Assembly: GCA_022826885.1 (NCBI GenBank)
Contig: JAJDUB010000059.1
Location: forward strand, 7,172-71,171
DNA: 64,000 nucleotides
DNA from: Gammaproteobacteria bacterium
Lineage (GTDB): Bacteria > Pseudomonadota > Gammaproteobacteria > Eutrophobiales > Eutrophobiaceae
Reading direction: 5' to 3'
Both the position numbers and the translations under genes were made by a program. A model generated the notes under the pieces. The model was given only the letters and a program-made list of their open reading frames with translations. It did not search any database and was not told the origin of the DNA. Below, one piece after another: positions 17,011-27,674 of this stretch. The number at the start of each line of letters is the position of its first letter. Position 1 is the stretch's first letter.

Positions 17011-19073
17011 TGCAGCCTTGAGATGTCCGCGGTGGCCAGGAACAGTTGACGTAATTCGTTTAATAAGGCCAGGCGGTTATTTCTCAGCGCAACATCGTCG
17101 CACATGACCATCACTTCATCAAAAAAGGCATCAACGTAATCTCTCAAACCCGCAAGCGCGGTCAAGCGAGCGATGTAATCACCGGATGCGCCATGCTCCA
17201 CTACTCCGGATGCATACATTTGCTTATAGAGATCCCGCTCCGTTTTTTCCTGAAGCAATGCTTCATTGACTATGGATTCTGAGGTGTATTGCGCCTGTTT
17301 AAGGATGTTGCTGATGCGTTTGTTGGCGGTCACCAAGCTGTCTGCTTCGGGCAGGCGCAGGAATTCGCCCACGGCCAGCACCCGCAGGTTGAAATCATGG
17401 GGCTGCGCCGGCCGGCATGCCTGCACCGCGTCGAACACGGCCGGACTGACGCCGTTATCCAGGTAATAGCGCCGCAACCTGTCCAGCATGAAATCAAATA
17501 CCTCGGTGGTGATTGCTGATGCATTGAGGGATTCCTGAAAAGTACCGGCTGAATACGCCAGGCAGGCTTCAAGGTCCAGGGGTAGTGCGCATTCAATCAT
17601 GATGCGCAAACAGCCCAGGCCGGCGCGGCGCAAGCCGTAGGGGTCCTTGTCGCCGGTGGGTCCCTTGCCGATGGCAAAAATTCCGGTCAGGGTGTCCAGC
17701 TTGTCGGCCAGCGCGAGGACCATGCCCGTACTTGTTTCCGGCAGGTCGGCGCCGGCATGCCTGGGCATATACTGTTCCTCCAGCGCCCTGGCGACCTCGG
17801 GGCGTTCATCGCTCTCCAGCGCGTAATAGCGCCCCATTATCCCCTGGAGTTCCGGGAACTCGCCGACCATATCGCTCAACAGGTCGCATTTCGCCAGCCG
17901 CGCAGCGCGTTCGATCGGGGCTGATTCAAATTCAAGTTGCCCCGCGATATATCTGCCGAGGTTTTCAATACGCGCCGCCTTGTCGGCGAGAGTACCCAGC
18001 TTTTGCTCAAAAACGACCTTGTCCAGTTTTGCCGCGAAACTTTCCAGAGGCCGGCTGCGGTCACGCTCCCAGAAAAACGCGGCATCACTCAGACGCGGAC
18101 TTATGACCCGCTCATTCCCCTGTTTGATCACCTCCGGGGAGGCGCTGTCGATATTGGCTACGGAGATAAAATCGGCAGTCAGTTCACCCGTGTCCGGGTG
18201 CAGTACGGGGAAATATTTCTGGTGTGACTGCATGGTGGCAATGAGCGCCTCTTTGGGGAGTTCAAGGTACTCATCGTTGAACGACCCGATGATGACAACA
18301 GGCCATTCCACCAGTGCGGTTACCTCATCCAGCAAATCCTCATCAATCAACACAGCTCTTTCGCGAGCCTGCGCAACTTCAGTTGCGGCTTCCCTGATTT
18401 GTTTTTTTCTCTCGCTGAAATCAGCTGTAACACGTCCCTCTTTCTGCAACCTGGTCAGGTATTCGCCGGCAGAGGCCATGGAGATCGCCTCCGGATGATG
18501 AAAACGATGCCCGCGGGTGTCCCGGCCCGTTTCCGTACCAAGTATCGTCGCGTGGATTATGTCTTCTCCAAACAGCAGTAACACCCAATGCACGGGCCGG
18601 ACAAACTCTATGTCACCGTCGCCCCAGCGCATGCGCCTTGATATGGGTAAACCTGCCAGGGCCCGTTCGATGATCGCAGGTAGCAGTTCTTCGGTTCGGG
18701 CTCCCCTGGCAAGGTGGCTGTAAGACAACCAGCTGCCCTTGTCCGTTTCCAGGGTATCAAGCTCCGCAACTTTCACACCACAGGAACGGGCAAAACCCTC
18801 CGCCGCCCTGGTCGGCTTGCCCGCCTGGTCATAGGCCGATGCGACGGATGGTCCGCGTTTGACCGTTTCCTTGTCCGCCTGTGTATCTGCCAGGTCTCTC
18901 ACAATCACTGCAAGTCGGCGCGGGGTGGCATACCAGGAACATTCTCCATGCTCAAGTTCCTTGTCCTGCAGACCCTGGCGGATAGCGTCGGCCAGGGATG
19001 ACGCAAGGCGCGTGAGCGATTTTGGCGGTAACTCTTCCGTCCCTATTTCGATGAGCAAATCTTTTTTGTACAC
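17007..19073 (-). CDS. glyS: Glycine-tRNA ligase beta subunit
   Basis: [17 protein letters not shown]...[28 protein letters not shown]. Confidence 0.97.
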   Translation of the reverse strand: MYKKDLLIEIGTEELPPKSLTRLASSLADAIRQGLQDKELEHGECSWYATPRRLAVIVRDLADTQADKETVKRGPSVASAYDQAGKPTRAAEGFARSCGVKVAELDTLETDKGSWLSYSHLARGARTEELLPAIIERALAGLPISRRMRWGDGDIEFVRPVHWVLLLFGEDIIHATILGTETGRDTRGHRFHHPEAISMASAGEYLTRLQKEGRVTADFSERKKQIREAATEVAQARERAVLIDEDLLDEVTALVEWPVVIIGSFNDEYLELPKEALIATMQSHQKYFPVLHPDTGELTADFISVANIDSASPEVIKQGNERVISPRLSDAAFFWERDRSRPLESFAAKLDKVVFEQKLGTLADKAARIENLGRYIAGQLEFESAPIERAARLAKCDLLSDMVGEFPELQGIMGRYYALESDERPEVARALEEQYMPRHAGADLPETSTGMVLALADKLDTLTGIFAIGKGPTGDKDPYGLRRAGLGCLRIMIECALPLDLEACLAYSAGTFQESLNASAITTEVFDFMLDRLRRYYLDNGVSPAVFDAVQACRPAQPHDFNLRVLAVGEFLRLPEADSLVTANKRISNILKQAQYTSESIVNEALLQEKTERDLYKQMYASGVVEHGASGDYIARLTALAGLRDYVDAFFDEVMVMCDDVALRNNRLALLNELRQLFLATADISRLQ

Positions 19074-19942
19074 AACGGAAATCCCAGTTTTTCCCTCTTG
19101 TCGAAATAACTGCGCGCTACCGCACGCGCTGTGGTTCTGACCCTGAGGATGAAGCGTTGCCGTTCGGTCACACTGATTGCATGTCTGGCATCCAGCAGGT
19201 TGAAAATATGTGATGCCTTCAGCACCAGTTCATAGGCCGGGAGCGGCAGGTCATCCTCAACCAGCTTCATGCAATGCGCTTCACATTCGTCGAACCAGCG
19301 GAACAGGGCTGCGGTATCAGCCTTCTCGAAATTGTAGGCTGACATTTCAACTTCATCCTGGCGATGGATATCGCCATAGGTCACCGGGCCGTCTTCCGTG
19401 TCAACCCAGACCAGGTCATAGACGTTGTCAACATTCTGCAGATATACGGCCATTCGCTCCAACCCATAGGTAATCTCACCGGAAACCGGCCTGCATTCCA
19501 GCCCCCCGACTTGTTGAAAGTAAGTGAACTGGCTGATCTCCATACCGTTCAGCCACACTTCCCAGCCCAGACCCCAGGCGCCCAGGGTGGGAGATTCCCA
19601 GTTGTCTTCAATGAATCTTACGTCATGGGTAAGCGTGTCAATTCCCAGGTGCCGCAATGAAGTCAGGTAAAGTTCCTGGATATCAGGAGGCGAAGGTTTC
19701 AATATCACCTGGAACTGGTAATAACGTTGAAGACGGTTCGGATTTTCACCATAACGCCCGTCCGTGGGACGCCTGGAAGGTTGAACGTACGCGGCATTCC
19801 AGGGCTCCGGTCCGATCGCGCGCAGGAAAGTAGCCGGATGAAAGGTGCCGGCGCCTACTTCCATATCATAGGGTTGCTGTATGACGCAGCCCTGCTCCGA
19901 CCAAAACTGTTGCAGGGAAACAATCAAATGCTGGAACGTCAT
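19043..19942 (-). CDS. glyQ: Glycine-tRNA ligase alpha subunit
   Basis: [49 protein letters not shown]. Confidence 0.98.
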   Translation of the reverse strand: MTFQHLIVSLQQFWSEQGCVIQQPYDMEVGAGTFHPATFLRAIGPEPWNAAYVQPSRRPTDGRYGENPNRLQRYYQFQVILKPSPPDIQELYLTSLRHLGIDTLTHDVRFIEDNWESPTLGAWGLGWEVWLNGMEISQFTYFQQVGGLECRPVSGEITYGLERMAVYLQNVDNVYDLVWVDTEDGPVTYGDIHRQDEVEMSAYNFEKADTAALFRWFDECEAHCMKLVEDDLPLPAYELVLKASHIFNLLDARHAISVTERQRFILRVRTTARAVARSYFDKREKLGFPLCTKKICSSK

Positions 19943-20020
19943 GGTAAGTGAGTAGTGTTCTGTGTACTTTGTGGTTATAAATAATCAACTGCTGTTATCT
20001 TAACAGGGAAGAGCGGAAAT

Positions 20021-20045
20021 AAAAAAGCCGCCCTTTCGGGCGGCT
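20021..20045 (-). terminator. Rho-independent terminator of the phasin gene
   Basis: Stem AGCCGCCC-TTTC-GGGCGGCT next to A6 on the + strand (U-tract on the - strand). Confidence 0.85.
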
Positions 20046-20101
20046 GACCAACCGCAGGCTCTGGGGGGAAAGCCAGCGGAAAGGAGGGATAGGCTATCTG
20101 C

Positions 20102-20461
20102 TTATTTGCTTTTCGGAGCAGTTTTGGCTGTGGTTGCCGTCACCGGCGCATCCTGTTTGATCGTCTCGGATACAATCTGCTGTACCTTATCGGTATAGCT
20201 CACGCCCAGTTCCAGGGCAGTCTGGCTGTCCTTGATAAAACGATCGCCGAGAGCCTTCACGGTTTCAGCCTGTTCCGTGAAGTACTTCTTCAGGCCATCG
20301 ACGTCCTTTATGTCCGCAGCAGACTTCATCTGCTCAACACTCAGCCTGGCGGTGTCATTGATTGACTTGAGCTGGATCTCAAGCAGCTTTTCTACGTTTT
20401 CCAATGCCAGGGCATTAATCTCCCTGACGGGTTCAAAGTATTTTCCGGCCTGTACATTCAT
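20102..20461 (-). CDS. phaP: Phasin (PHA granule-associated protein)
   Basis: 119-aa amphipathic helical protein (P.REINALALENVEKLLEIQL...Q.E..K...DRF) with Ala/Thr/Lys tail; GAGGAG RBS; PhaR-type boxes upstream. Confidence 0.75.
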   Translation of the reverse strand: MNVQAGKYFEPVREINALALENVEKLLEIQLKSINDTARLSVEQMKSAADIKDVDGLKKYFTEQAETVKALGDRFIKDSQTALELGVSYTDKVQQIVSETIKQDAPVTATTAKTAPKSK

Positions 20462-20490
20462 GGTTGATATCTCCTCATTTAAGTGAATGT

Positions 20491-20526
20491 TGCGGCGCAT
20501 CATAACCGATTGTTTTGTGCAATGCA
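20491..20526. promoter_or_regulatory. Two PhaR-type operator boxes (TGC-N3-GCA)
   Basis: TGCGGCGCA at 20491-20499 and TGCAATGCA at 20518-20526, 30-65 nt upstream of the phasin start. Confidence 0.65.
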
Positions 20527-20677
20527 ACAGAAAATTGTAATTTTTTTTGAAAAAACTGAATATTTTTTTGTAATACCATATAAAACAAGGAGTTATGGAG
20601 TAAAAAAATTTACGTCCAGGCTGTTTTATATGCTGAATCCGGTGTCGTACCGGATTTGCGGGAAATAAAAAGTGGTG

Positions 20678-21751
20678 CTATTCCGTTTCTTCCGGTGCGG
20701 GATCTCGCACCAGATCGGAGAGGGTCTGGTTATACAATTCCGCCTTGGATGCGGACAAACGGTAGGCCCAGCCACGTACCAGGCTGTTCAGGGTTTCGGC
20801 TTCCTGTTCGGGCGTCGGTTCGGTTTCTTCCCCGGCGCCGGTTTCTGCAGATGTCTCATCAGCGGTCTCTTGCGCGGCAAAGGAAAATCTTGCAAAGGTA
20901 TTCCCCCCGCTTTTCACGACCTCGATATCCGCCGTCAAACCATCGAACGTCGTAACGTCGATGCTGGAATCCGGCGTGGAGAAATCGATACTGTTCTCTT
21001 TTTTTACGCCTTCCACGTATATATTTTCAAGCACGGACGCCATTCGGCCGACCAGGTACTCGGATGCCTGTTCCTTACCTTCCGGTATATCCTGTAATGC
21101 CAGGTCGTCTGCGGGTTGATCCCTGTTCAGGACCACTTCCGTCCCGCCTGCCGGCCGCAGGCGGACGGCATTGACACGGTCCCCCTCGATATCGATGATA
21201 TCCCTCTTTATCCAGTCAATTATATCGGCGCTTACCGATAGTCTGCCATCCACCAGTAATGCCTGTTGCTGATCAGGAATACGTACGTACAAGCCCGGCG
21301 CGCCGGCAGCGGATTTGCTTCTCCTGGTCTTGCCGACTACCAGCTCCGCCAGTACATCCCCATTCTTCGCCAACGTCAGCAAGTGAGAGGTGGCGCCCTT
21401 GCTGTCGGGGTCTTCAACGCCCAGCCTCTTGTAGAGGTCGGGATCGTCCGTCTTTCCCGCAATAACCTGGAGATCAGAGACGGCCAGCACCGTTTGTTTT
21501 ACCTTGTCTACCAGTGCAGGGTAATTGTCCGCTTCGGCTATGCTCCAGTTATCCGGCACGAGTCGAACGGTCAGTGCGGACTGACCGTCGCGAACGACCA
21601 GTTCACTTACATCATTGACCCGCTCTGCAAGCTCCGGGAACAGCGCTGTTTTTTCCCTGCTTGTCTCAGGCGCCCTTTGCTGGCTGACGAACACTGCCGC
21701 GGCGACGACAATGACCGTCAGTACTACGACAATAATACGCCTGTTGTTCAT
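20678..21751 (-). CDS. DUF4340 domain membrane-anchored protein
   Basis: N-terminal TM helix, YPAL...LGV...YVR..D pattern; last gene of the Gld-like ABC operon. Confidence 0.75.
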   Translation of the reverse strand: MNNRRIIVVVLTVIVVAAAVFVSQQRAPETSREKTALFPELAERVNDVSELVVRDGQSALTVRLVPDNWSIAEADNYPALVDKVKQTVLAVSDLQVIAGKTDDPDLYKRLGVEDPDSKGATSHLLTLAKNGDVLAELVVGKTRRSKSAAGAPGLYVRIPDQQQALLVDGRLSVSADIIDWIKRDIIDIEGDRVNAVRLRPAGGTEVVLNRDQPADDLALQDIPEGKEQASEYLVGRMASVLENIYVEGVKKENSIDFSTPDSSIDVTTFDGLTADIEVVKSGGNTFARFSFAAQETADETSAETGAGEETEPTPEQEAETLNSLVRGWAYRLSASKAELYNQTLSDLVRDPAPEETE

Positions 21752-23613
21752 CAGACTTTGCGGCGCGCCTGTTGAGTGCCCGCAACCAGGGCGAGCAACG
21801 CAATAATTAAGGGTATAAGGCCGATATTTATAAATTTGAGCTGTGTGCCCAGGCGCTCGATATTTTTTTGCAGTTCGTGCTGGACCGCGCGCAACTCCTT
21901 GCGCGTCCTTATTTGCTCAAGCCTGAATTTTTCAATTTCAGCGGCCTGTTCCTCCGTGAGCAATAACGCACTTTCCCCACCTTCCTGCTGTAGCTGGGCA
22001 ATCTTCTGTTCCGTCTCCTCCAGGCGTGTCTGCAGTTCCTGTTCCTGTTCGCGGAACTGGGCTTCCGCATCCCTGCGTATCTGCTCTACCACGGTAAACG
22101 GGCGGGAGAATTCTCCGCGGCTGCGCAGGCTTATCAGGTCGGTGTTACCCGCCAGGTTATCCAGGGTATTGATGACGAAATCGCCGTTGTTGGCAATGCT
22201 CTGGGGAATCTGTACTCCGAAGAAATTCTGCATCCTGATCCAGAAATGGTCCGCCAGGATATCGGTGTCTCCGACCAGGACGACATCTACCCTTCCCTCC
22301 TTGATGATGTCTTCAACCGGGACTTTCTCATCGTCTTCATCCTCTGTCAATAAGCCGTCTGGATAGGCGCTGGGAACGGTGCCGCTGATCCGCGCCGCGA
22401 GCACCAGGGGATTATTGCCGGATTCGAAATTGGACAGCATCACGTTGGGATCGCGCTGGAAGAAAATCAGGTCCCGTTGCATTCTCATCGAGTCGGCTGT
22501 GGTCTGTATCAGCGGGGCAAATTCAACAGTTGCATCCTCTTTCAGGTCGATAACCCCTGCGGTGCCCATGTGGATCAGGTTCAATTCGCTGGTGCTGAAA
22601 TCCTGCCGATCAAGATTGTCCGCTTCGAGCCTCAGCCAGGGCAGGTAATTGCTCTCCTGCGGACCGCGGGCGCCCTGAGTCTGCACCCGCATGGCCAGGT
22701 TGATGTCTGCGGCAATTTCACTGGTGCCGACTTCCAGACCCCACCCTTCAAGCATTATATTCAGGCTGGAAGACATATCCGGCATCACGTACGGGTTTGC
22801 CGGATCCGGTTCTGCATTGTCCCCTTCCGCCAGCGGGTCAACAAACAGCATGGCATGGCCGCCCCGGAGCAGATACTGATCTATGGCAAACAGCGCCTGC
22901 TCGGTAAAGTTCTTGGGATGGACGACCATCAATACGTCAACGTCTTCATCGATGAAATCAGAGTTCTGGCCGATATTACGTACCTCGAAAAACTCTTCCA
23001 TCACGTCGAGGATAGCCCACCGGTCCGGGATTCCCTGCGCAGGGTCGCCGAACAAGGGCAACCCGGACATCACACCGATAACCCGCTTTTCCGGGTTGGC
23101 GAGGTTATAGACCAGCTTGGTGATATCGTATTCCAGCGCATCTTCCCGGCTTGCCTGAAAAAACGGGATAATGGCTTCGTCATCCGTAGAGTTGACTCCT
23201 ACCAGACCCAGATAGGCGCGATCGCCTGCTGCATTGACGGAGATCCCGTTCAAACCGCTGGCTACGGCCTGGTCTTCTTCTTCAGAAAACGGCTCCGGTT
23301 CAATGACGGACAGTTCGATTTTGCCGCCCGATTTCGCGGCATATTCTTCCAGCAGGTCACGTACCCGGTTGGCGTAATTCACTAGTTGCGGGAAGTCGGC
23401 CATGGTCTTGCGTGACACGTAAAAATCAAGGGATATGGGTTCATCCAGGGTGGTGATGATGTTGACGGAGCCCGGCGACAAGGTGAAAAGTCTGTTTTCC
23501 GTCAGGTCGAGCCGAACCCCGGTAAACAGGTTGTTGCTGATCGTAATCAACGCCACCGCCAGAACTGCCGCCAGAAGAATTCCCGAGCCTGATATGAGAT
23601 GTTTATATTTCAT
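21751..23613 (-). CDS. GldG-like ABC transporter auxiliary component
   Basis: RLDLTENRLFTLS, EPFSEEED.A...G, LEYDITKLV, VHPK...FVDP, NNGDFVIN.LDNL, C-terminal coiled coil and TM helix. Confidence 0.85.
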   Translation of the reverse strand: MKYKHLISGSGILLAAVLAVALITISNNLFTGVRLDLTENRLFTLSPGSVNIITTLDEPISLDFYVSRKTMADFPQLVNYANRVRDLLEEYAAKSGGKIELSVIEPEPFSEEEDQAVASGLNGISVNAAGDRAYLGLVGVNSTDDEAIIPFFQASREDALEYDITKLVYNLANPEKRVIGVMSGLPLFGDPAQGIPDRWAILDVMEEFFEVRNIGQNSDFIDEDVDVLMVVHPKNFTEQALFAIDQYLLRGGHAMLFVDPLAEGDNAEPDPANPYVMPDMSSSLNIMLEGWGLEVGTSEIAADINLAMRVQTQGARGPQESNYLPWLRLEADNLDRQDFSTSELNLIHMGTAGVIDLKEDATVEFAPLIQTTADSMRMQRDLIFFQRDPNVMLSNFESGNNPLVLAARISGTVPSAYPDGLLTEDEDDEKVPVEDIIKEGRVDVVLVGDTDILADHFWIRMQNFFGVQIPQSIANNGDFVINTLDNLAGNTDLISLRSRGEFSRPFTVVEQIRRDAEAQFREQEQELQTRLEETEQKIAQLQQEGGESALLLTEEQAAEIEKFRLEQIRTRKELRAVQHELQKNIERLGTQLKFINIGLIPLIIALLALVAGTQQARRKV

Positions 23614-23622
23614 GGCCGTTTC

Positions 23623-24360
23623 TCAGTTGGCCTTGCGGGAATCGATAACCACGACGTTGGCATACAGCCAGAAGGCGATAAGTACGATGTAATAAACCAC
23701 ATCGCGCAGGTCGATCACGCCTTTGTTGATTGAATCGAAGTGGGTCAGAAAACTAAGCGACGAAATCACATCCACCAGGGCCTGGGGCGCCCAGCCCTGG
23801 AAAAAATCCAGCACCAATGGAAAACCGCTGAGAATGAACAGGAAACAGATGACCACGCTGATGACGAAGGCGATGACCTGGCTCTTCGACAAGGCTGATA
23901 TACAGGATCCGATGGCCAGGAAACCGCCCGCCATCAGCAGACTGCCGAGGTAGCCGGCAAGGATAACGGTATTATCCGGGTCGCCGAGATAATTTACGGT
24001 GATCCACATCGGAAAGGTCAGCGCCAGGGCGATTGCCGTGAAACACCAGGCGGCAAGGAATTTGCCCAGCACTGCATCCGTAACCGAAATGGGCAACGTC
24101 ATAAGCAGTTCTATGGTGCCGGTTTTGCGCTCTTCGGACCAGAGCCGCATGGAAATAGCCGGTATCAGGAACAAGTAAAGCCATGGGTGGAACCGGAAAA
24201 ACGGTTCGAGGTCCGCCTGGCCCCGTTCGTAAAACGCGCCCAGGTAAAAACTGAATATGCCCGTAAGGAACAGGAAGATAATAATGAAGACATAAGCGAC
24301 GGGCGTATGGAAATAACCATACAGTTCCCGCTTCAATACGGCCTTGACGTTGCTGTTCAT
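23623..24360 (-). CDS. ABC transporter permease (GldF-like)
   Basis: RELYGYF.TPVAYVF, PAISMRLWSEERKTGTIELLMTLP, six TM segments. Confidence 0.88.
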   Translation of the reverse strand: MNSNVKAVLKRELYGYFHTPVAYVFIIIFLFLTGIFSFYLGAFYERGQADLEPFFRFHPWLYLFLIPAISMRLWSEERKTGTIELLMTLPISVTDAVLGKFLAAWCFTAIALALTFPMWITVNYLGDPDNTVILAGYLGSLLMAGGFLAIGSCISALSKSQVIAFVISVVICFLFILSGFPLVLDFFQGWAPQALVDVISSLSFLTHFDSINKGVIDLRDVVYYIVLIAFWLYANVVVIDSRKAN

Positions 24361-25133
24361 GACTGGCCCGCCTCTCCTTGGCTCGCATAGAACCGGGTGG
24401 TGATGGTGCGGAACGCGTCGTCGTAGTCATTCTTTTCGGACTGCGCCCGGAGTTCGGCCGGGGTGCCGTCAAACAGGATCTGTCCGGCGGCTATGATAAT
24501 CGCCCTGCTGCATACGGCATCGACTTCCTCCAGGATATGGGTGGAGATCACGATGGCCTTGTTTTCAGCCATTTCCTTGATCAAACTCCTGACTTCGTGT
24601 TTCTGATTTGGATCAAGGCCATCCGTGGGTTCGTCCATGATCAGTACGTCAGGGTCGTGCAACAGGGCCTGCGCCACACCGACGCGGCGTTTGAAACCCT
24701 TGGACAGGGTTTCGACGGTCTGTTCCAGGACGCTGTCAAGGTGGACAAGTTCGATGACCCTGTCGATCCGTTGCTGTTTTTCCTCGCCGCTATAACCGCG
24801 TATTTCCGCGACAAATTCCAGAAAGCGCAGGACCGTCATCTCACCATAGGCAGGGGCGCCTTCCGGCAGGTAACCGATTGCTGACTTCACGCTGATTGGG
24901 TCGGTCTTGACGTCATACCCGTTAACCAGCACCGTCCCGTCGGTCGGTTCGAGAAAGCCGGTGATCATCTTCATGGTAGTGGATTTGCCGGCGCCATTCG
25001 GCCCCAGGAAGCCCAGAACCTCGCCATGATGTACGGAGAAGGAAACGTCCCGTACCGCATGAATAGGTCCGAAGCGCTTATCCAGCTTCTGGACTTCAAT
25101 CGCCGGTGGCTTGTCATTGACTGTCATAATCAA
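24357..25133 (-). CDS. ABC transporter ATP-binding protein (GldA-like)
   Basis: GPNGAGKST Walker A, LSKGFKRR signature, LIMDEPTDGLDP Walker B, STHILEE. Confidence 0.92.
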   Translation of the reverse strand: MIMTVNDKPPAIEVQKLDKRFGPIHAVRDVSFSVHHGEVLGFLGPNGAGKSTTMKMITGFLEPTDGTVLVNGYDVKTDPISVKSAIGYLPEGAPAYGEMTVLRFLEFVAEIRGYSGEEKQQRIDRVIELVHLDSVLEQTVETLSKGFKRRVGVAQALLHDPDVLIMDEPTDGLDPNQKHEVRSLIKEMAENKAIVISTHILEEVDAVCSRAIIIAAGQILFDGTPAELRAQSEKNDYDDAFRTITTRFYASQGEAGQS

Positions 25134-25270
25134 TATTCAGTTGATTCATTCAAGTTAAAGGAATTAACACCGATCAGGCAGAATACCTGTGAGATGCGAT
25201 ATTCTGCACAATTATCAGGAATCGTCAAGCCACAGACAGCTAATATTCAGGAAAGTTTAAAAGAACCGGA

Positions 25271-25313
25271 GGGGTCAGAGTAAGAATTTCGCCAGAAATT
25301 TTACCCTGACCCC
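25271..25313. repeat. REP/MITE-like intergenic hairpin
   Basis: GGGGTCAGAGTAAGAATTTC-GCCA-GAAATTTTACCCTGACCCC, about 19-bp imperfect stem. Confidence 0.7.
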
Positions 25314-25325
25314 TTAATTCCAACT

Positions 25326-26183
25326 TTATGGCCGTTTCAGCCGGTACAGGGCAGATATGTCCTCATCACCGTATCCCTGTTCCATTAACTCTTCGTACTG
25401 TTTGAGAGTTGTATCGACCAATGGCAGGGTAAACTTGTCCAGATCCCGGATCATGTCCTTACAGATAGTCAGGTCCTTGTGGTGCAGGTTCAGCTTGAAG
25501 CCGGTATCGTTGTCGTCGACCAGCATGGTCTTGCCGCGGTGATCCAGGAACCAGTTGCCGGCTGCGCCCTTTGCCACCACGTCCACCACCTTGTTCATAT
25601 CCAGTCCCATCGCCTCCCCGAAGGCCAGTGCCTCGGTCACAGCCTGGTTGACACCGGCGCACATGATTTGATTCACCGCCTTGCAGGCCTGGCCGCTGCC
25701 GGTGGAACCTATCAGCGTTACGGTCGCGGCAATCGCTCTCAATGTATCTTCCGCCTTGGCCAGTACTTCAGCATCGCCGCCCACCATCATCGCCAGGGTG
25801 CCTTTTCTGGCGCCTTCCACGCCACCCGAAACGGGACAGTCCAGGAAAGCCACATTTTTTTCCGCCAATATACCCGCTGCCCGTTGCGCCGTGGCGTTGC
25901 TGACGGTGGACGTGTCCACGACAATCGTGCCGGCCGTTGCGGTCGGGGCAACCTGTTCCACCATTTCCAGGACGTCCGCATCCCGGGATACGCACAGCAG
26001 TATGAGTTCACAACCAGAGGCCAGTTCAGCGGGTGATTGAAACAGGACCGTTCCGGTTTGTTCGGCGATCTCCTGCGCTTTGCCTCGGGTACGGTTCCAG
26101 ACTCCTTGCAGGTGCCCTGCCTTGTGCAGGTTCAAAGCCATGCCGCTGCCCATGGCGCCAAGACCTATTACTCCGGTTTTCAT
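25326..26183 (-). CDS. NAD(P)-dependent beta-hydroxyacid dehydrogenase (3-hydroxyisobutyrate/tartronate semialdehyde reductase family)
   Basis: GVIGLGAMGSGMA, FLDCPVSGG, GSGQACKAVNQ, GFKLNLHHKDL. Confidence 0.9.
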   Translation of the reverse strand: MKTGVIGLGAMGSGMALNLHKAGHLQGVWNRTRGKAQEIAEQTGTVLFQSPAELASGCELILLCVSRDADVLEMVEQVAPTATAGTIVVDTSTVSNATAQRAAGILAEKNVAFLDCPVSGGVEGARKGTLAMMVGGDAEVLAKAEDTLRAIAATVTLIGSTGSGQACKAVNQIMCAGVNQAVTEALAFGEAMGLDMNKVVDVVAKGAAGNWFLDHRGKTMLVDDNDTGFKLNLHHKDLTICKDMIRDLDKFTLPLVDTTLKQYEELMEQGYGDEDISALYRLKRP

Positions 26184-26210
26184 TAAAATATTCCTCTGCT
26201 CAGGTCATTA

Positions 26211-27185
26211 TTACAGGTTTGCCGACATGTGTTCATCGAGTAACCGCTCCGCCCCCTGTACCAGTTCTGCGACGATTTCTGCCGCCGGTTTTACCGAGTC
26301 CACACTACCTGCGCTCTGCCCGGCATACTGCGCCATGGCCTCGATATTTCCGCTGGTACCGACGAACGGGCACATTACGCTGAAGCGGGGAATATCAATC
26401 TTTTCAGCGTAAAGCGTTGCCTGCCCCACTATCTCATCCCGGCAGTTCTCAGCCGTTTCCAGAGACTTTTTCAACACCCTGTGCGGCGCATCCGGCCACA
26501 TTACAGAAAACCGGTCGGTGTATACAGTGTCTTCATCTGTTGCATCTACCAGGTTCTGAATATATTGCGGGTGATAACCTGATTCAGGCGTTGCCACGAA
26601 GCGCGTACCCAGCCGTGCGGCGCCTGCGCCGGCAGCCAGTACTGCTGCCAACCCGGACGCGCCGGCGATGCCGCCCGCGGCCACGACCGGCAGCGACACT
26701 TCGTCAAGAATTTTCGTTAATAACGGCAACAGGGAAACCGTGCCTCTCACGTGACCGCCGGCTTCGAACCCCTGCACGATGATAAAATCACAACCGGCAT
26801 CAACTGCCGCTTTTGCTTCACCGAGGCTGCCGACCTGCCAGGCAGCCAGGGCGTTGCCGTCATGGACCTGCCTGACCAGGTCCTCATTCGGGTCCCCATA
26901 AAAGAATTCAACGACTCGACAATGTCCGGCTGCAATATCTATCACACTCCGGTCTTCCAGAAACGGGATGAGAAAATTGGCGCCGAGACATCCGGGAGAA
27001 ATATCGTCAATATCATCCAGGATATTTTCCAGGGTTTCCGGTGACAGCAGAGCGCCGCTTATCATACCGAGGGCGCCGGCCCGGGCGACGGCAGCCCCGA
27101 GCGCAGGTGATGCCGTGCCCATGCCCGCGTTCTGGATCGGATGCGGGCAACCGACCAGTTCAGTGAATGCCGTGGTTATCGTCAT
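26211..27185 (-). CDS. Nitronate monooxygenase / YrpB-like flavin oxidoreductase
   Basis: PIQNAGMG, QGFEAGGH, PVVAAGGI, GARLGTRF-type motifs, YAGQSAG. Confidence 0.85.
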   Translation of the reverse strand: MTITTAFTELVGCPHPIQNAGMGTASPALGAAVARAGALGMISGALLSPETLENILDDIDDISPGCLGANFLIPFLEDRSVIDIAAGHCRVVEFFYGDPNEDLVRQVHDGNALAAWQVGSLGEAKAAVDAGCDFIIVQGFEAGGHVRGTVSLLPLLTKILDEVSLPVVAAGGIAGASGLAAVLAAGAGAARLGTRFVATPESGYHPQYIQNLVDATDEDTVYTDRFSVMWPDAPHRVLKKSLETAENCRDEIVGQATLYAEKIDIPRFSVMCPFVGTSGNIEAMAQYAGQSAGSVDSVKPAAEIVAELVQGAERLLDEHMSANL

Positions 27186-27471
27186 TAGTAGTGTTCCTTA
27201 AGGGAAATGACTGTTCATATCCTACCGGATAAATATTATCCCATGTATCCTGTGATGAGAAAGTGAAGCCTGATTTGATATTTTAAACCTTGCATTTTCA
27301 AAGTCAGCCTTTAGAAATTCCATATTAAAAAACGGCAATATCACAAACGCGACGAGGATTATCTCAGCTATTTTCCCTGGACGAAGTGAAGTCTCTTTTG
27401 ATATTGCGACGTCGGCATTTCAGGACTATAATCAACATTGCTTATGTATTTTAAGGGAGAAGGTTTTGGCC

Positions 27472-27654
27472 ATGTTCAAAATCAGGCAACGTTCCAGAGA
27501 GGAAGTATCCGAGTTTCTCGATGAGGTCGGGAGAAGATTCTTTCAGGATCCGAAGGTCCAGGAAATTCTGAGATCTGAACCTGAAACCAGTAGAATGCTT
27601 GATGAAGTGCTCAAGCGGCAACAACTGGGGGAGAGTAATCAGCCGACGCAATAA
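27472..27654 (+). CDS. Small hypothetical protein (60 aa)
   Basis: AAGGGAGA RBS upstream, AT-rich context, helical charged sequence; no family recognised. Confidence 0.45.
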   Translation: MFKIRQRSREEVSEFLDEVGRRFFQDPKVQEILRSEPETSRMLDEVLKRQQLGESNQPTQ

Positions 27655-27674
27655 CAGGTTGATTTAAAACGAGT

